Of a stretch of DNA of 64,000 bases, positions 49,411-60,396 are shown in pieces. Below the pieces are notes generated by a model. That model saw only the letters and a list, made by a program, of their open reading frames with translations. It had not been told where the DNA came from and ran no database searches. The position numbers were made by a program, and so were the translations under genes. How positions within the stretch are numbered: position 1 is the stretch's first letter; every line of letters begins with the position of its first letter. The stretch comes from Alphaproteobacteria bacterium (GTDB taxonomy: Bacteria > Pseudomonadota > Alphaproteobacteria > Bin95): positions 1,568,001 through 1,632,000 of the forward strand of contig OZ224045.1 of assembly GCA_963665325.3 (NCBI GenBank). The letters are read 5' to 3'.

Positions 49411-50472
49411 CTAGGCGGACGCGATGTGGGCGGCGCCGCTTTCCAGTTGGCCCGTCATGGCGGCGAGTTCGTGCAGCGCCTCTTCGGCGCGGCGGCGTTT
49501 CGCCTCGTCGGGGTCGCGCTGGACGATGCGGAGCAGCGCGTCGCGCGCCGCCGGGTCGCCCTCTGCGGCCATGTCGAAGGCCATGCGGTCGCGGCGCTCG
49601 TAATATTGCCGGTCCAGCGGCACGACGGTCGGGGAGAGCGCGCGCCAGAAATACTTGCCGAGTTCGGAGGACCAGTCCGCATAGACCTCCTCCCATGTGC
49701 CGCAGCCGGAATAGGGCACCAGGTTGGTATCCGCGATGGGCTGGCTCGCGGGCTGGTAGCGGTCGTCGAAGGACTGGCGGATCTCGTCCGTGCGGTTGGG
49801 CAGCGCGCAATGGACGGCGGTATCCGCGAAGATCAGCGCATCGCCCGCCTCGAAGGCGCCCGTCACCCACTGGCCGGGGATCGGCACGTTGATGTCCATG
49901 CCGCCGGCGCCGTTGCCGACCCTGGTGTCGAGCACGCCCGCGCGATGCGAGCCGGACGCCACCGCCAGCGCCCCCTTCTCCAGTGGGCAGTCGCCGAGCG
50001 GCGCCCAGAGCGCATGGTTGGTGGCGCCCCCGATATGCACCTTGTCCTGGTGTGCGCCGGTGGTGAAGTCGAAGCTCTCGGTTTGCGGGAAGATATTGCG
50101 CTGGATGAACATCGGGTGCGCCAGCACGGGCTCGGCGAAGATGCGCTCGAACAGCGCCAGCACGTTCGGATGAATGCGCAGCCGGTGCAGCTCCTCGTCC
50201 TTCCACATGCCCCGGAACACTTGCATGTAGCGTTCCTCGGGATCCTTGCAGGCGGCGGCGGGATTGGCGATGCCGTCCTCCACCGGATGCGCCGGGTCGA
50301 GCCAGCCGCCTTCGGCCGCCGTCTCCAGCATGCGCCGGCGGACCTCCATCACCTTCCCGCGCGGCAGCAGGCCCCGGAGGAACAGGTAGCCGTCGCGCTC
50401 CAGCCGTTCGGCGAGCGCCGGGCCGTTCTCCATGAGATCGGTCGAATCGAGAAATTCGCCCATTGCGTCCAT
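49411..50472 (-). CDS. Phytanoyl-CoA dioxygenase (PhyH) family protein
   Basis: RDGYLFLRG, HQD, W.PLGDC, GSH, VH. Confidence 0.85.
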   Translation of the reverse strand: MDAMGEFLDSTDLMENGPALAERLERDGYLFLRGLLPRGKVMEVRRRMLETAAEGGWLDPAHPVEDGIANPAAACKDPEERYMQVFRGMWKDEELHRLRIHPNVLALFERIFAEPVLAHPMFIQRNIFPQTESFDFTTGAHQDKVHIGGATNHALWAPLGDCPLEKGALAVASGSHRAGVLDTRVGNGAGGMDINVPIPGQWVTGAFEAGDALIFADTAVHCALPNRTDEIRQSFDDRYQPASQPIADTNLVPYSGCGTWEEVYADWSSELGKYFWRALSPTVVPLDRQYYERRDRMAFDMAAEGDPAARDALLRIVQRDPDEAKRRRAEEALHELAAMTGQLESGAAHIASA

Positions 50473-50510
50473 GTCCGTTCCTCCTTGCTGGCGCCTGCCG
50501 GCGCCGGGCG

Positions 50511-51680
50511 TCAGATCGCGAGGTCCTTCGTGTTGTAGTCGCGGATCACCCGCTCGAAGGTTTCGTCGTTCAGCCGGAACTCGTCCTCCAGCCCGTCGAA
50601 AGGCCGGTAGCGGTAGGACGCCTCCTCCGGAAAGCGCTGCCGCCTGGCGTCGATGGCAACCTGGATGACGGCCGAGCGCTCGAAGATGCGCTGTTCGTCA
50701 TACACCTCGCCGGCGCCCATGCTGAGCTTGCCCCGCTGGCCCAGCACCGAGCGGCGGCGGTGGAAGCCCATAGTGATCGAGATGCGCTTGTCGGGCGAAG
50801 TATTGGCGAAGGAGCCGTGCAGCATCTGGCGGTTGACGGCCGTGACGTCGCCGGGCTCGCAGATGAGCGGCACGGCGTCGGGGAACTTCTCGTCGCCGCC
50901 GTTCTCGGCGACCCGCCGCTTGATGTCGATACGCCCGCCCTTGTGGGTGCCGGGCACGACCCAGAGGCAATTGGCGGGCGTCGTCGGGTAGAGCTGCACC
51001 TGGAAGTTGAAGCCGTGGCTGCCCTCGTCCCAATCGGGCGACTCCCAGTGGGTCACGCCGTCCTGGTGCCAGGCGACGGAGCCGCCGACGCCGGCCTGCT
51101 TGACGAAGATGGCATCGTTGTAAGGCACGAAATCCGCCCCGTTGATCGACTCCGCCACCGCCAGCAGGTGCGGATGGCCATAGACCCGGAGTGCGGCCGG
51201 CATGGCCTGGCACATGCCGTACATCAGGAAGACCACATAGTCCGGCGCATCCTCGTCCGGGCGCGGCTGGGTCATCCGGTGCGGATGGCGGCCGTTCAGC
51301 TTGTCCGTGCCGCCCCAGGGGTCGGAGAGCGGCTTCACCAGCGTATAGGGTTCGCGGGCATAGTCCCGGCCAAGCGCGGGGCGGCCCTCTGCGTCCACAT
51401 CGGCGTCGGGACGGACCGGGGCGCGCCCGATCATCATGTCGGCATCGGCCCTGAGTTCCGCGAGTTCCGCCTCGCCGACCACACCCTCGAACACGTAGAA
51501 GCCATGCTTCCAGTAGGCTTCGAGGATGTCGGGATGGAGCCTGCCGTCGGCGCCGAAGCGCACGGGGCCACGATTGGCGAGCGCGCGGGCGCGCTCCTCG
51601 CCAGCCTCGAGATAGGCGCCGACGGTTGCGGCGTGCTCGGCCCTGGTCGGTTCCATCGCCAAGGGCGAAATCTCGTTCAT
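50511..51680 (-). CDS. Phytanoyl-CoA dioxygenase (PhyH) family protein
   Basis: HGFYVFE, WHQDG, VPGTH, LHGSFAN. Confidence 0.85.
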   Translation of the reverse strand: MNEISPLAMEPTRAEHAATVGAYLEAGEERARALANRGPVRFGADGRLHPDILEAYWKHGFYVFEGVVGEAELAELRADADMMIGRAPVRPDADVDAEGRPALGRDYAREPYTLVKPLSDPWGGTDKLNGRHPHRMTQPRPDEDAPDYVVFLMYGMCQAMPAALRVYGHPHLLAVAESINGADFVPYNDAIFVKQAGVGGSVAWHQDGVTHWESPDWDEGSHGFNFQVQLYPTTPANCLWVVPGTHKGGRIDIKRRVAENGGDEKFPDAVPLICEPGDVTAVNRQMLHGSFANTSPDKRISITMGFHRRRSVLGQRGKLSMGAGEVYDEQRIFERSAVIQVAIDARRQRFPEEASYRYRPFDGLEDEFRLNDETFERVIRDYNTKDLAI

Positions 51681-51796
51681 CGCGCGTCTCCGGCAGCCTT
51701 CGTCGATGGCGAAATCCTATGCAAACACCTGGTGTGCCGCAACAGGACCAGGCATGACGGCCGTTTATTCGCTCACTCGGAAGACGGGTTCGCGGC

Positions 51797-52549
51797 TCAG
51801 GGCGCGCCGCTCAGATAGCGGGTGAGGAAGGCCGTGGAGAATTCGAGCTCTTCCGGCGGCACGGCGGGATGCAGGCCGGGATTGGCGTGGAGGCGCTTGT
51901 CGGCGGAGCCGAGCGCGTCGAACATGGCGAGGCACTCCTCGCGGGTGAAGAGCTCGTCCTCCAGCTGCCAGATGAACAGCACGGGGCAAGTTATGGCCCG
52001 CGCCGCCGCCTTGACGACCGGCTTGTAGTGGGCCGGCTCGGAGACGAGACCCATCAGGCCCAGCACGGCGACCGAAATGCGCGGCTCGGCCGCGACGAAG
52101 GGCGCGCCGTAGATCGTGCCCATCGACAGGCCCCAATAGCCGACCGGGCCGGCGCCCACCTCGTCCAGGGCGGAGACCATCTCCAGCGCGAGGTGCCAGT
52201 CGCGCACCATGTCTTCCGCCGTGCCCTCGCGCTGCCATTCCGGCCAGAAGGCGTCGCGTCCGCCGGGCCCCACCTGTCTTCGCCCATGCACCGGCCCGTC
52301 GAGGGAAAGGCCGAAATAGCCGTGGCTGCGGCAGAGCGCGCCGGCGATATCCGGGATCGGGCGCTGGTGCCGGCTGCCGGACGCGCCGTGCCCGAAGCAG
52401 ACGAGCGGCGCGCCCGGCTTCGAGTCGGGGCCGGACCAGAGCACGCCCGTTACCGGACGGCCGCCCGTGCGGATGGTGAACTCACGGACCTCCGCGCCGT
52501 CCTGCCGTTCGGTTTCGTGCCATTCGAGCCTGTTGCCGGTCGCGGTCAT
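51797..52549 (-). CDS. Alpha/beta hydrolase (dienelactone hydrolase-like)
   Basis: GHGASG, GYWGLSMG, DE, NPGLH. Confidence 0.8.
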   Translation of the reverse strand: MTATGNRLEWHETERQDGAEVREFTIRTGGRPVTGVLWSGPDSKPGAPLVCFGHGASGSRHQRPIPDIAGALCRSHGYFGLSLDGPVHGRRQVGPGGRDAFWPEWQREGTAEDMVRDWHLALEMVSALDEVGAGPVGYWGLSMGTIYGAPFVAAEPRISVAVLGLMGLVSEPAHYKPVVKAAARAITCPVLFIWQLEDELFTREECLAMFDALGSADKRLHANPGLHPAVPPEELEFSTAFLTRYLSGAP

Positions 52550-52658
52550 GGCGTGCATCCTGAATTCGTCGGGTCGGCCGGAGTGTCCGCCTGCCGGCCC
52601 GTCCGGGTCAAGAACGCCGCCCCCGGAGCCACGGGGCGCGGCAGGGGGGAGCGCTTCC

Positions 52659-53675
52659 GTGACACTGCAATTCGGCCTTCGCGTGCCCACCGTGGGCAAG
52701 CCCGCGGACACCGCCGCCTATGCTGCCGGGGTGGAAGCCGCCGGCTTCGACTTCATGTGGGTGCCGGACACGCCGCTGCTCGCCGGGCGCTGGCGCGATG
52801 TCTATATGCATCTGGGCGCCGCCGCCGGCTCGACGGACCGGGTGCGCCTCGGCCCCGGCGTCACCAACCCGCTCACGCGGCATCCGCTGACCACGGCAAG
52901 CGCCATCGCAACCCTCGACGACGCCTCCGGCGGCCGGGCCGACCTTGTGGCGGGGACAGGCTACAGTTCTGCCTACATTATCGGCCGCAAGGCGGCGACT
53001 TTGGCGGACATGCGCGAGGCGACGGCCCTCTGGCGCGGCTTGCTCAGCGGGGCACCGACCGATCCGGGCGGATCGGAGACGGTTATCGACCGGCCCAATG
53101 CGGAGCTGCCCATTGTGCTCGCGGCGACCGGCCCCCGGATGCTGGCGCTGGCGGGCGAAATCGCGGACGGCGTGCTGATCCATGTCGGCGCGGCGCCCGG
53201 GGCCGTTGCCTGGGCGCTGGAGCGGATCGACGTCGGCATGGCCGCGGCGGGACGGACACGGGAGGAGGTCCGGCGCATCCTCGTGGTCACGGCCTGCATC
53301 GACGACGACCGCGAGCGCGCCATCGAGCATATGCGGCCCTGCGCGGCCGGGCTCTGCCGCCACCGCCATGCAGATGTCTTCTTTCCCGGTATCGAAATTC
53401 CGGCCCGGCCGGCGGGCTATGTCGAGCCGTACCCGGACCTCGGCCACGCCGTCGATTGGGAAGCGGCGAAGCGCGCGACCTCCTATGTGCCGGACAATGC
53501 TGTCGAGGCCTGCGTCGCGCTCGGTCCCGCCGACGATGTTGCCGAGCGCGTGAAGTCGCTCGCAGCGCTGGATATCGACGCCATCTGGTGGCGGGACGAA
53601 GCGACCTGGACGCGGCCGGACACATTGATGGAACGGTTGTCCGCCGAAGTGCTGCCCCGGTTCCGGGCCGGCTGA
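52659..53675 (+). CDS. LLM-class flavin-dependent oxidoreductase
   Basis: GPGVTNPLTRHP, ATGPRMLALAGEIADG. Confidence 0.85.
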   Translation: MTLQFGLRVPTVGKPADTAAYAAGVEAAGFDFMWVPDTPLLAGRWRDVYMHLGAAAGSTDRVRLGPGVTNPLTRHPLTTASAIATLDDASGGRADLVAGTGYSSAYIIGRKAATLADMREATALWRGLLSGAPTDPGGSETVIDRPNAELPIVLAATGPRMLALAGEIADGVLIHVGAAPGAVAWALERIDVGMAAAGRTREEVRRILVVTACIDDDRERAIEHMRPCAAGLCRHRHADVFFPGIEIPARPAGYVEPYPDLGHAVDWEAAKRATSYVPDNAVEACVALGPADDVAERVKSLAALDIDAIWWRDEATWTRPDTLMERLSAEVLPRFRAG

Positions 53676-53759
53676 CGGGCGCGATCGGGCCCGCTTGCCG
53701 TCCGCTTGCGGGCCGGCCACACTGGCGGCCGGATGAACGGCCTCACAAGGAGAGAGGGC

Positions 53760-54287
53760 ATGTCGGACGGGTTCAGGATCAACAAATTCAGGGATGTCGC
53801 GGACGGCCTGCAGAAGGGCCAGTTCGCAGTCGGCGAACGGCGCCAAGCGTCGGGCCTGGACGATCTCGACCCGATCCACAAGGCGCTGCTCGACCGTCCG
53901 ATTACCGTTTCCCTGGGCGTGATGACGCCGGACGGGCGCATCGGCCTGACGCCCATGTGGTTCGACTACGAGGATGACAAGATCCTGGTGAACACCGCGG
54001 CCCACCGGACCAAATGCGGCTGGATACGCGCGAATCCTGAAATGACCGTCCTGATCGTCAACCCCGACAATCCCTATCACTGGGTCCAGATCCGCTGCAC
54101 CGTGGAAGAGGAGTTGCGGGAATGGGAGGACGGCGGCGAGCGCGTCACGCAGCAGCTCGACAGGATCTGGACGAAATATACCGGCGCCGAGCCGCCCTAC
54201 GGCCTGCGCGACCCCGAGATCGACGAAAAGCGTGTGCTGTTCGTCTGCCGGATCGACCGGATCGCCACGTTCGGCAAGCCCGCCTGA
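53760..54287 (+). CDS. Pyridoxamine 5'-phosphate oxidase-like (PPOX) protein
   Basis: PDGRIGLTPMWF...K...IRANP...DNPYHWV. Confidence 0.75.
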   Translation: MSDGFRINKFRDVADGLQKGQFAVGERRQASGLDDLDPIHKALLDRPITVSLGVMTPDGRIGLTPMWFDYEDDKILVNTAAHRTKCGWIRANPEMTVLIVNPDNPYHWVQIRCTVEEELREWEDGGERVTQQLDRIWTKYTGAEPPYGLRDPEIDEKRVLFVCRIDRIATFGKPA

Positions 54288-54306
54288 CCGAGCGCAGGCG
54301 GCCGGG

Positions 54307-54780
54307 ATGGCGAGACTGCGCGGCCCGGACCGTGTGAAGGCGGCTCTCGATGGGCTGTCGCTCGACTGCGAGGTCCTTATCCTACCCGACTCGACCCGGA
54401 CCGCGGCGGAGGCGGCGCAAGCGGTCGGTTGCACGGTGGCCGAGATCGCGAAGTCGCTCGTGCTCCGCGCCGGGGAACGGGCGGTGGTCGCGGTCATAAG
54501 CGGGGACGACCGGCTTGACCCCGCCAGGCTCCGCGAAGCCGCCGGCGAGGAGATAAGCCGGGCGGACGCGAAATTCGTACGTGCTGCGACCGGGTTCTCG
54601 ATCGGCGGCGTGCCTCCTCTCGGTCATGCCGCGCCGGTCGCACTGTTCATGGACTCGGGGCTCTTCCGCTTCGAGCGGGTCTGGGCCGCTGCGGGAAGCC
54701 CGTTCTCCGTGTTCGCAATCGAACCGGCCCGGTTGCGCGATGCCGGCGGCGCGAGAGTCGCCGAGCTCAGAATGATGTAA
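54307..54780 (+). CDS. YbaK/EbsC family deacylase
   Basis: TRTAAEAA, IAKSLV, TGFSIGGVPPLGH, WAAAG. Confidence 0.9.
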   Translation: MARLRGPDRVKAALDGLSLDCEVLILPDSTRTAAEAAQAVGCTVAEIAKSLVLRAGERAVVAVISGDDRLDPARLREAAGEEISRADAKFVRAATGFSIGGVPPLGHAAPVALFMDSGLFRFERVWAAAGSPFSVFAIEPARLRDAGGARVAELRMM

Positions 54781-54818
54781 GCTGCCGCGTTTCAGGCCGC
54801 ACCGGTTCGGAAGAATGC

Positions 54819-57800
54819 TCAGAATCTGAACTGCATGGCGGCCGAGACCCTGCTTTCCGGGTCGCCGGTTTGCGGGACGCGCCGTTCGGCAGCGAGCTTC
54901 AGCACGGGGCCCGCCAGCAGCCCCAAATCGACTCCGAGCGCCAACTGGCGGCCATCCGTGCCGGCAAGGCGGAACGCGGCATGCGGTTCGAATAGTCCGC
55001 GGCGGGAGACGACGCGCCAGCCGGCCTTCAAATCCAGGGTGAACAGTGCCTTGCCGCCGCCGCGTTTCAACGCCTTGCGGGACCGAAACGGTTCGGACTC
55101 CCCGATCCGGCTGTCGGGCGCTCCGTATGCCCCGGCCAGCGACCATGACGGTCCGCCCCGGTTGGTGTCCGCCGGCTGCCGCACCGTGGCTGTCAGGCCG
55201 AATTCCCGATATTCGCGACCGGAACGCCAGACCAGTCCCCGTAACTGGATATCCGCGCGCCCGGACGATGCCGGCAGGGGCGATCCGACGCCGCTGGACA
55301 ACTCGAGGCCCAGGCCGCGCACGCCGTCCCCGCCGTCGCGGCGCAACGACAAGGACGAGTAGTAACCGGCTCCTTCTTCCTCCAGCGCAACCTCGATGCC
55401 GAGGCTCTGGCGGTCGGCGGAGGCGGAGAGGGAGCCGATAGCCGTTTGGGCGCTGCCCCTGGCTTCGAGCTGTGCGAAGCCCGCTTCGCCGGAGATGGAA
55501 AGCTCCAGGCCGCGAAATGCCGGCAGGGGGCCGCGGAAGCCGGCGGAGACGGTCGCCAGTTCGGCGTCCGCGGTCTCGACGCCCCGGCCGGCGGTCGTAT
55601 TCCGGATGGTTCCGCGCCCGCCGCCGAAGGTTATCCAGACCGTTTCTCCATCCTCGAAACGCCGTTGCAGATAGGGATGGACGCTGTCGAAGGTGGTTTC
55701 GACCGCTCCGGGCGCCGCGCCGGCGGCGTATTCCAACTCTCCCTCGCTGCGGGCCATCGCCGTGCCGAACAGCCATTTTTCGCCCCACCGCATGTCGGCG
55801 CCGAACCAGACCGACAGCATCCGCCCTCCGTAACGCGACTGCGGGCCAGCGGATCCCTCGAAACGCTTCAGGTCGCCCCGGTGCCAAAGCGACAATTGCG
55901 GGAAGCCTTCCTCTCCGGGCGGGCCGAGCGCGACCTGAAACGAACTGTCTCGCAGCAATTCCCGGCCGCTCATGCCCATGACCGTCCGGTTTGTCGCGCT
56001 ATCGTGCAGTGATTGCACCCGTTCTTTTCGAACGGGCGCAAATAGAGGAACCTCCCGCCCGGCGAGAACGAAACGCGTTGCAGCTGGGTCGGCGGCGAAC
56101 CGCGCCCCGATGACCGTGTGCGCGCCCGCCGCCACATGGCTTGCGAGGCCCGCTAGCACGGCCTTGACGGCCCTTCGCTCGGCCGGCGTCGCTTTCGCCT
56201 TCGGCGTTGCGGCGACGGGGTCCGAGCCGGGGCTGTAGTTCGGGTAGAGGCAGTCCTCGCTTATGCAGTAACGGACCCGGAATACATATTCGGCGTTGTC
56301 TTTCAATGCTGCCTCGACGTCGTTTTCCCAACCCCTTGCAACAACATGGCGGGTCGTTTCCCGAGTGCTTCCGGATATGTCTATCCATCGGTCCGGGGCC
56401 GTGTCAGCGCGCGATCTGGCGACATGCTGCCATTTGATGATCGCTGGATTTTTCGGATCATCCCATGTCAGCATGACCTGACCGTAGCCGGCATGAGCCT
56501 TGAGGCCCTTCGGTCTGGTTAAGCTAGGCAACGGGACAACCGTAATTCCTTCCGATTCGAGGCTATATCCACTGCTGTTTGCGGCTCTAATGCCGAAGGT
56601 GTGGGGCGTGCCGCCTTCAAGGCCGGGAATCGTATGGCCGGTCGTTCCGGCATGGCTGTCGGGAATGTCGACCCAGTCGCCGAATTCGCCTGTTGTCCGG
56701 TAACGATATTGCCAACGCGTGACGCTCGGGTCGCCTAAAGCTTTCCATTCCAGCGATACTTCGTTCACGCCCCACTCCGCCACGAGTCCCTCCGGCCTGG
56801 CCGGGACCGGCGGCAGCGTCGTGGCAACCTCGTCGGACTCGGGGCCCGTGGAGTAGGCATTCACGGCGCGGACCTTGAAGCCGTAGGACACGCCGATTTC
56901 CAAGCCCGTGACGGTGTAGCTGGTCGTCGCATGTCCGCTGTTCTGTATAGTCGTCCAATCATCTGTATAGTCTCTGCCTGACCTTCGCCGGTTGTATTGC
57001 CAGCCGGCAATTGCGGGGTCGCCCGGGTCGTTCCATTCGAGCAGCGCCTCTCCGCTGCCGGGCGTCGCTTTCAGGCCCGTCGGCTTGGCTGGAACGGCAA
57101 ACGGGGTTGCCGCCGCCTCGTCCGACTCAACTCCCTCGCCGCTACTGTTCGTTGCCCTTATGCGGAAATAGTGGGGAGTGCCGGCGGCGAGGCCGGTCAC
57201 CGTATGGCCGGCTGTATCCGCGCCGCTGTTCGCGATGTCTGTCCAGGAGCTGTAGCTGCCGCCCTCTGTCCTGTAGCTGTATTGCCAGCCGGCGATGGTG
57301 CTGTTGCCGGGATCGGTCCAGCTCAGCGAGACCTGCCCGTCGCCCGCGGTCGCGGCGAAGCCGGTCGGCTTGGCCGGGACCGCTGGCAGCGTCACGGCCG
57401 CCTCGTCTGACTCCGCGCCTGCGCCGCTGGCATTCACAGCTCGAAGCTTGAAGGCATAGGACGCGCCGGTTTCGAGGAGGGTGATTGTGTGGCTCGTCGT
57501 GGCGGCGCCGCTGCCGAGGATAAAGGTCCAGTCCGCCTCGAATTCCCCGCCTGCAGGCCGCCGGTTGTATTCCCAGCCGGTGATCGCGGTGTCGCTCGGG
57601 TCGTTCCAGGACAACACGACTTCCCCGGGGCCCGCTGTTGCGGTGAGACCCGTAGGCTTGGCCGGTACGGCGAGCGGGGTTGCTGTTTTCTCATCGGATG
57701 CCGCGCCGTTTCCGCTGGCGTTTACGGCGCGGACCTTGAAGGTATGATCGATGCCGTTGGTGAGCCCGGTGACGATGTGGGCGGTCGTGGTTGCCCCGCT

Positions 57801-59332
57801 GCCGTCAATATCGGTCCAGTCGCCGTAACCGCCCGTGGTCTTGTGGCTGTATTGCCAGCTGGCGATGGTGCTGTTGCCGGGGTCGGTCCAGCTCAGCGAG
57901 ACCTGTCCGTCGCCCGCAGTCGCGGCGAAGCCCATGGGCTTGGCCGGGACCGGTGGCAGCGTCACGGCCGCCTCGTCTGACTCCGCGCCTGCGCCGCTGG
58001 CATTCACAGCTCGAAGCTTGAAGGCGTAGGACGCGCCGATTTGGAGGAAGGTGATTGTGTGGCTCGTCGTGGCGGCGCCGCTGCCGAGGATAAAGGTCCA
58101 GTCCACCTCGAATTCCCCGCCTGCAGGCCGCCGGTTGTATTCCCAGCCGGTGATCGCAGCGTCGTTCGGGTCGTTCCAGGACAACACGACTTCCCCGGCG
58201 CCCGCTGTTGCGGTGAGACCCGTAGGCTTGGCCGGTACGGCGAGTGGCGTTGCGGTCTTCTCATCGGATGCCGCACCGCTTCCGCTGGTGTTTACGGCGC
58301 GGACCTTGAAGGTGTAGGCGGTTCCGTTGGTGAGCCCGGTGGCGGTGTGGGCGGTCGTGGTTGCCCCGCTGTCGGGAACGTCGGCCCAGTCGCCATAGCC
58401 GCCCGTGGTCTTGTAGCTGTATTGCCAGCTGGTGATGGTGCTGTTGCCGGGATCGGTCCAGCTTAGTGAGACCTGCCCATCGCCAGCGGTCGCGGCGAAG
58501 CCCGTGGTCTTGGCCGGGACCGCTGGCAGCGTCACGGTCGTCTCGTCCGACTCCGCGCCAGCGCCGCTGGCATTCACAGCACGAAGCTTGAAGGCGTAGG
58601 ACGCGCCGATTTCGAGGAGGGTGATTGTGTGGCTCGTCGTGGCGGCGCCGCTGCCGAGAATGAAGGTCCAATCCGCCTCGAACTCCCCGCCTGCAGGCCG
58701 CCGGTTGTATTCCCAGCCGGTGATCGCGGCGTCGTTCGGATCGTTCCAGGACAGCACGACTTCCCCGGCGCCCGCTGCAGCGGTGAGACCCGTGGGCTTG
58801 GCCGGTACGGCGAGTGGCGTTGCGGTCTTCTCATCGGATGCCGCACCGCTTCCGCTGGTGTTTACGGCGCGGACCTTGAAGGTGTAGGCGGTTCCGTTGG
58901 TGAGCCCGGTGGCGGTGTGGGCGGTCGTGGTTGCCCCGCTGTCGGGAACGTCGGCCCAGTCGCCATAGCCGCCCGTGGTCTTGTAGCTGTATTGCCAGCT
59001 GGTGATGGTGCTGTTGCCGGGGTCGGTCCAGCTGAGCGAGACCTGCCCGTCGCCTGCTGCGGCGGTGAAGCCTGTCGGCTTGGCCGGTACGGCGAGCGGG
59101 GTTGCTGTTTTCTCGTCGGATGCCGCACCGCTTCCGCTGGCGTTTACGGCGCGGACCTTGAAGGTGTGAGCGGTGCCGTTGGTGAGCCCGGTGACGATGT
59201 GGGCGGTCGTGGTCGCAGTGCTGTCGGGAACGTCGGTCCAGTCGCCATAGCTGCCTGTTGTCTTGTAGCTGTATTGCCAGCCGGAGACGGTGCTGTCGCC
59301 GAGGTCGGTCCAGCTGAGCGAGACCTGCCTGT
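54819..59332 (-). pseudogene. Fibronectin type III repeat surface protein with autotransporter-like C-terminal barrel, 5'-interrupted by IS21
   Basis: About 11 FN3 domains (LSW...WQY...YTFKVRAVN); frame stays open up to the IS end; C-terminus ...MQFRF. Confidence 0.85.
57080..59330 (-). repeat. Tandem FN3-coding repeats in alternating A/B types (570-bp AB unit)
   Basis: Near-identical blocks at 57481, 58051 and 58621. Confidence 0.92.
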
Positions 59333-60089
59333 TGTTAAGCGTGGAAGATTGACCCCCTGTTGGGGGTTATCGGCGTCCAAAATTGACCCCCCATGGATTG
59401 TGTCCATGAACACGCCCTGTCGTTGGACGGACGGGGTGGGGGAGATGCTGGTTGTGGAGACGATAGCGCGGATCCGTCGGGATCATCTGGTGAAGGGCGT
59501 TCCGATCAAGAAGCTGGCGCGGGATTTGAGGGTTTCGAAGAACACGATACGCAAGGTGGTTCGGGGCGATACGACCTCGCACAGCTATGAGCGCAAGATC
59601 CAGCCGATGCCGAAGCTTGGGCCTTGGGTGGCAGAGCTTGAGCGCCAGCTGGAGGCCAACGAGAAGAAGAAGCGCCGGGATCGCCTGTCCCTGCTGCAGA
59701 TCCATGAGGACCTTGGCGAGCTGGGCTACAAGGGCGGCTATGACGCGGTCCGGCGCTACGCCAGGGCGTGGCGGCGCCGACGCCGTCTGTTATCGCCGTC
59801 GCAGGCCTATGTGCCGCTGATCTTCGATCCGGGCGAGGCCTACCAGTTCGACTGGAGCCACGAGTATGCGCGTCTGGCGGGAGCGACGACCAAGGTGAAG
59901 GCGGCGCACATGCGGCTGTGCCACAGCCGCATGTATCTGGTGCAGATCTTTCCCCGCGAGAGCCAGGAGATGGTCTTTGAGGCGCACGAGCGTGCCTTCC
60001 GCTTCTTCGGCGGGGTCTGCCGACGGGGCATCTACGACAACATGAAGACGGCGGTGAACACGATCTTCGTCGGCAAGGAGCGTGCCTAC
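59333..60089 (+). mobile_element. IS21-family element, left part
   Basis: TGTTAAGCG end with repeated ATTGACCCC (59348, 59382), followed by istA. Confidence 0.88.
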
Positions 60090-60092
60090 TGA
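59445..60092 (+). pseudogene. istA: IS21 transposase IstA, truncated
   Basis: PGEAYQFDW, LCHSR, FFGGV...YDNMKTAV; stops at GKERAY where a second element begins. Confidence 0.9.
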
Positions 60093-60335
60093 GTGTGCTC
60101 TCGGTATCTGATGGCGGGATGGTCACGTTGTTCGATGGTTTTCAGGCGTCGGGCCGGGCGTGACGGCGGGGGTGTCGGACGGCCGTCGGCGCGTCAAGCC
60201 GCTTCGCGGCTCCTGCGCTGCGCTCCGGCCCTTCGGGTGACCCGCCGCCGTCCCTCCGACGGAGTGCATCCATGGCCGTAAGCAAGCTTCCGGCCACGGG
60301 CCGGCCGCTTTACGCAGTGTGACAATGGGAGCGGT

Positions 60336-60396
60336 GTTACCCGTTACCGTTACCCTCTCTCCCTAGGGGTTCGAGGCGGTAACGGTTTTCGGTAAC
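60336..60396. repeat. GTTACC x3 facing GGTAAC x2 around a CCCTAGGG palindrome
   Basis: GTTACC at 60336, 60343, 60349; GGTAAC at 60378, 60391. Confidence 0.8.

Noticed and set aside
57080-59330. CRISPR array or DGR template/variable repeats
   Set aside because: Repeats are long, in-frame FN3 coding units with no spacers; no reverse transcriptase or cas gene in the window, and I saw no adenine-specific variation.
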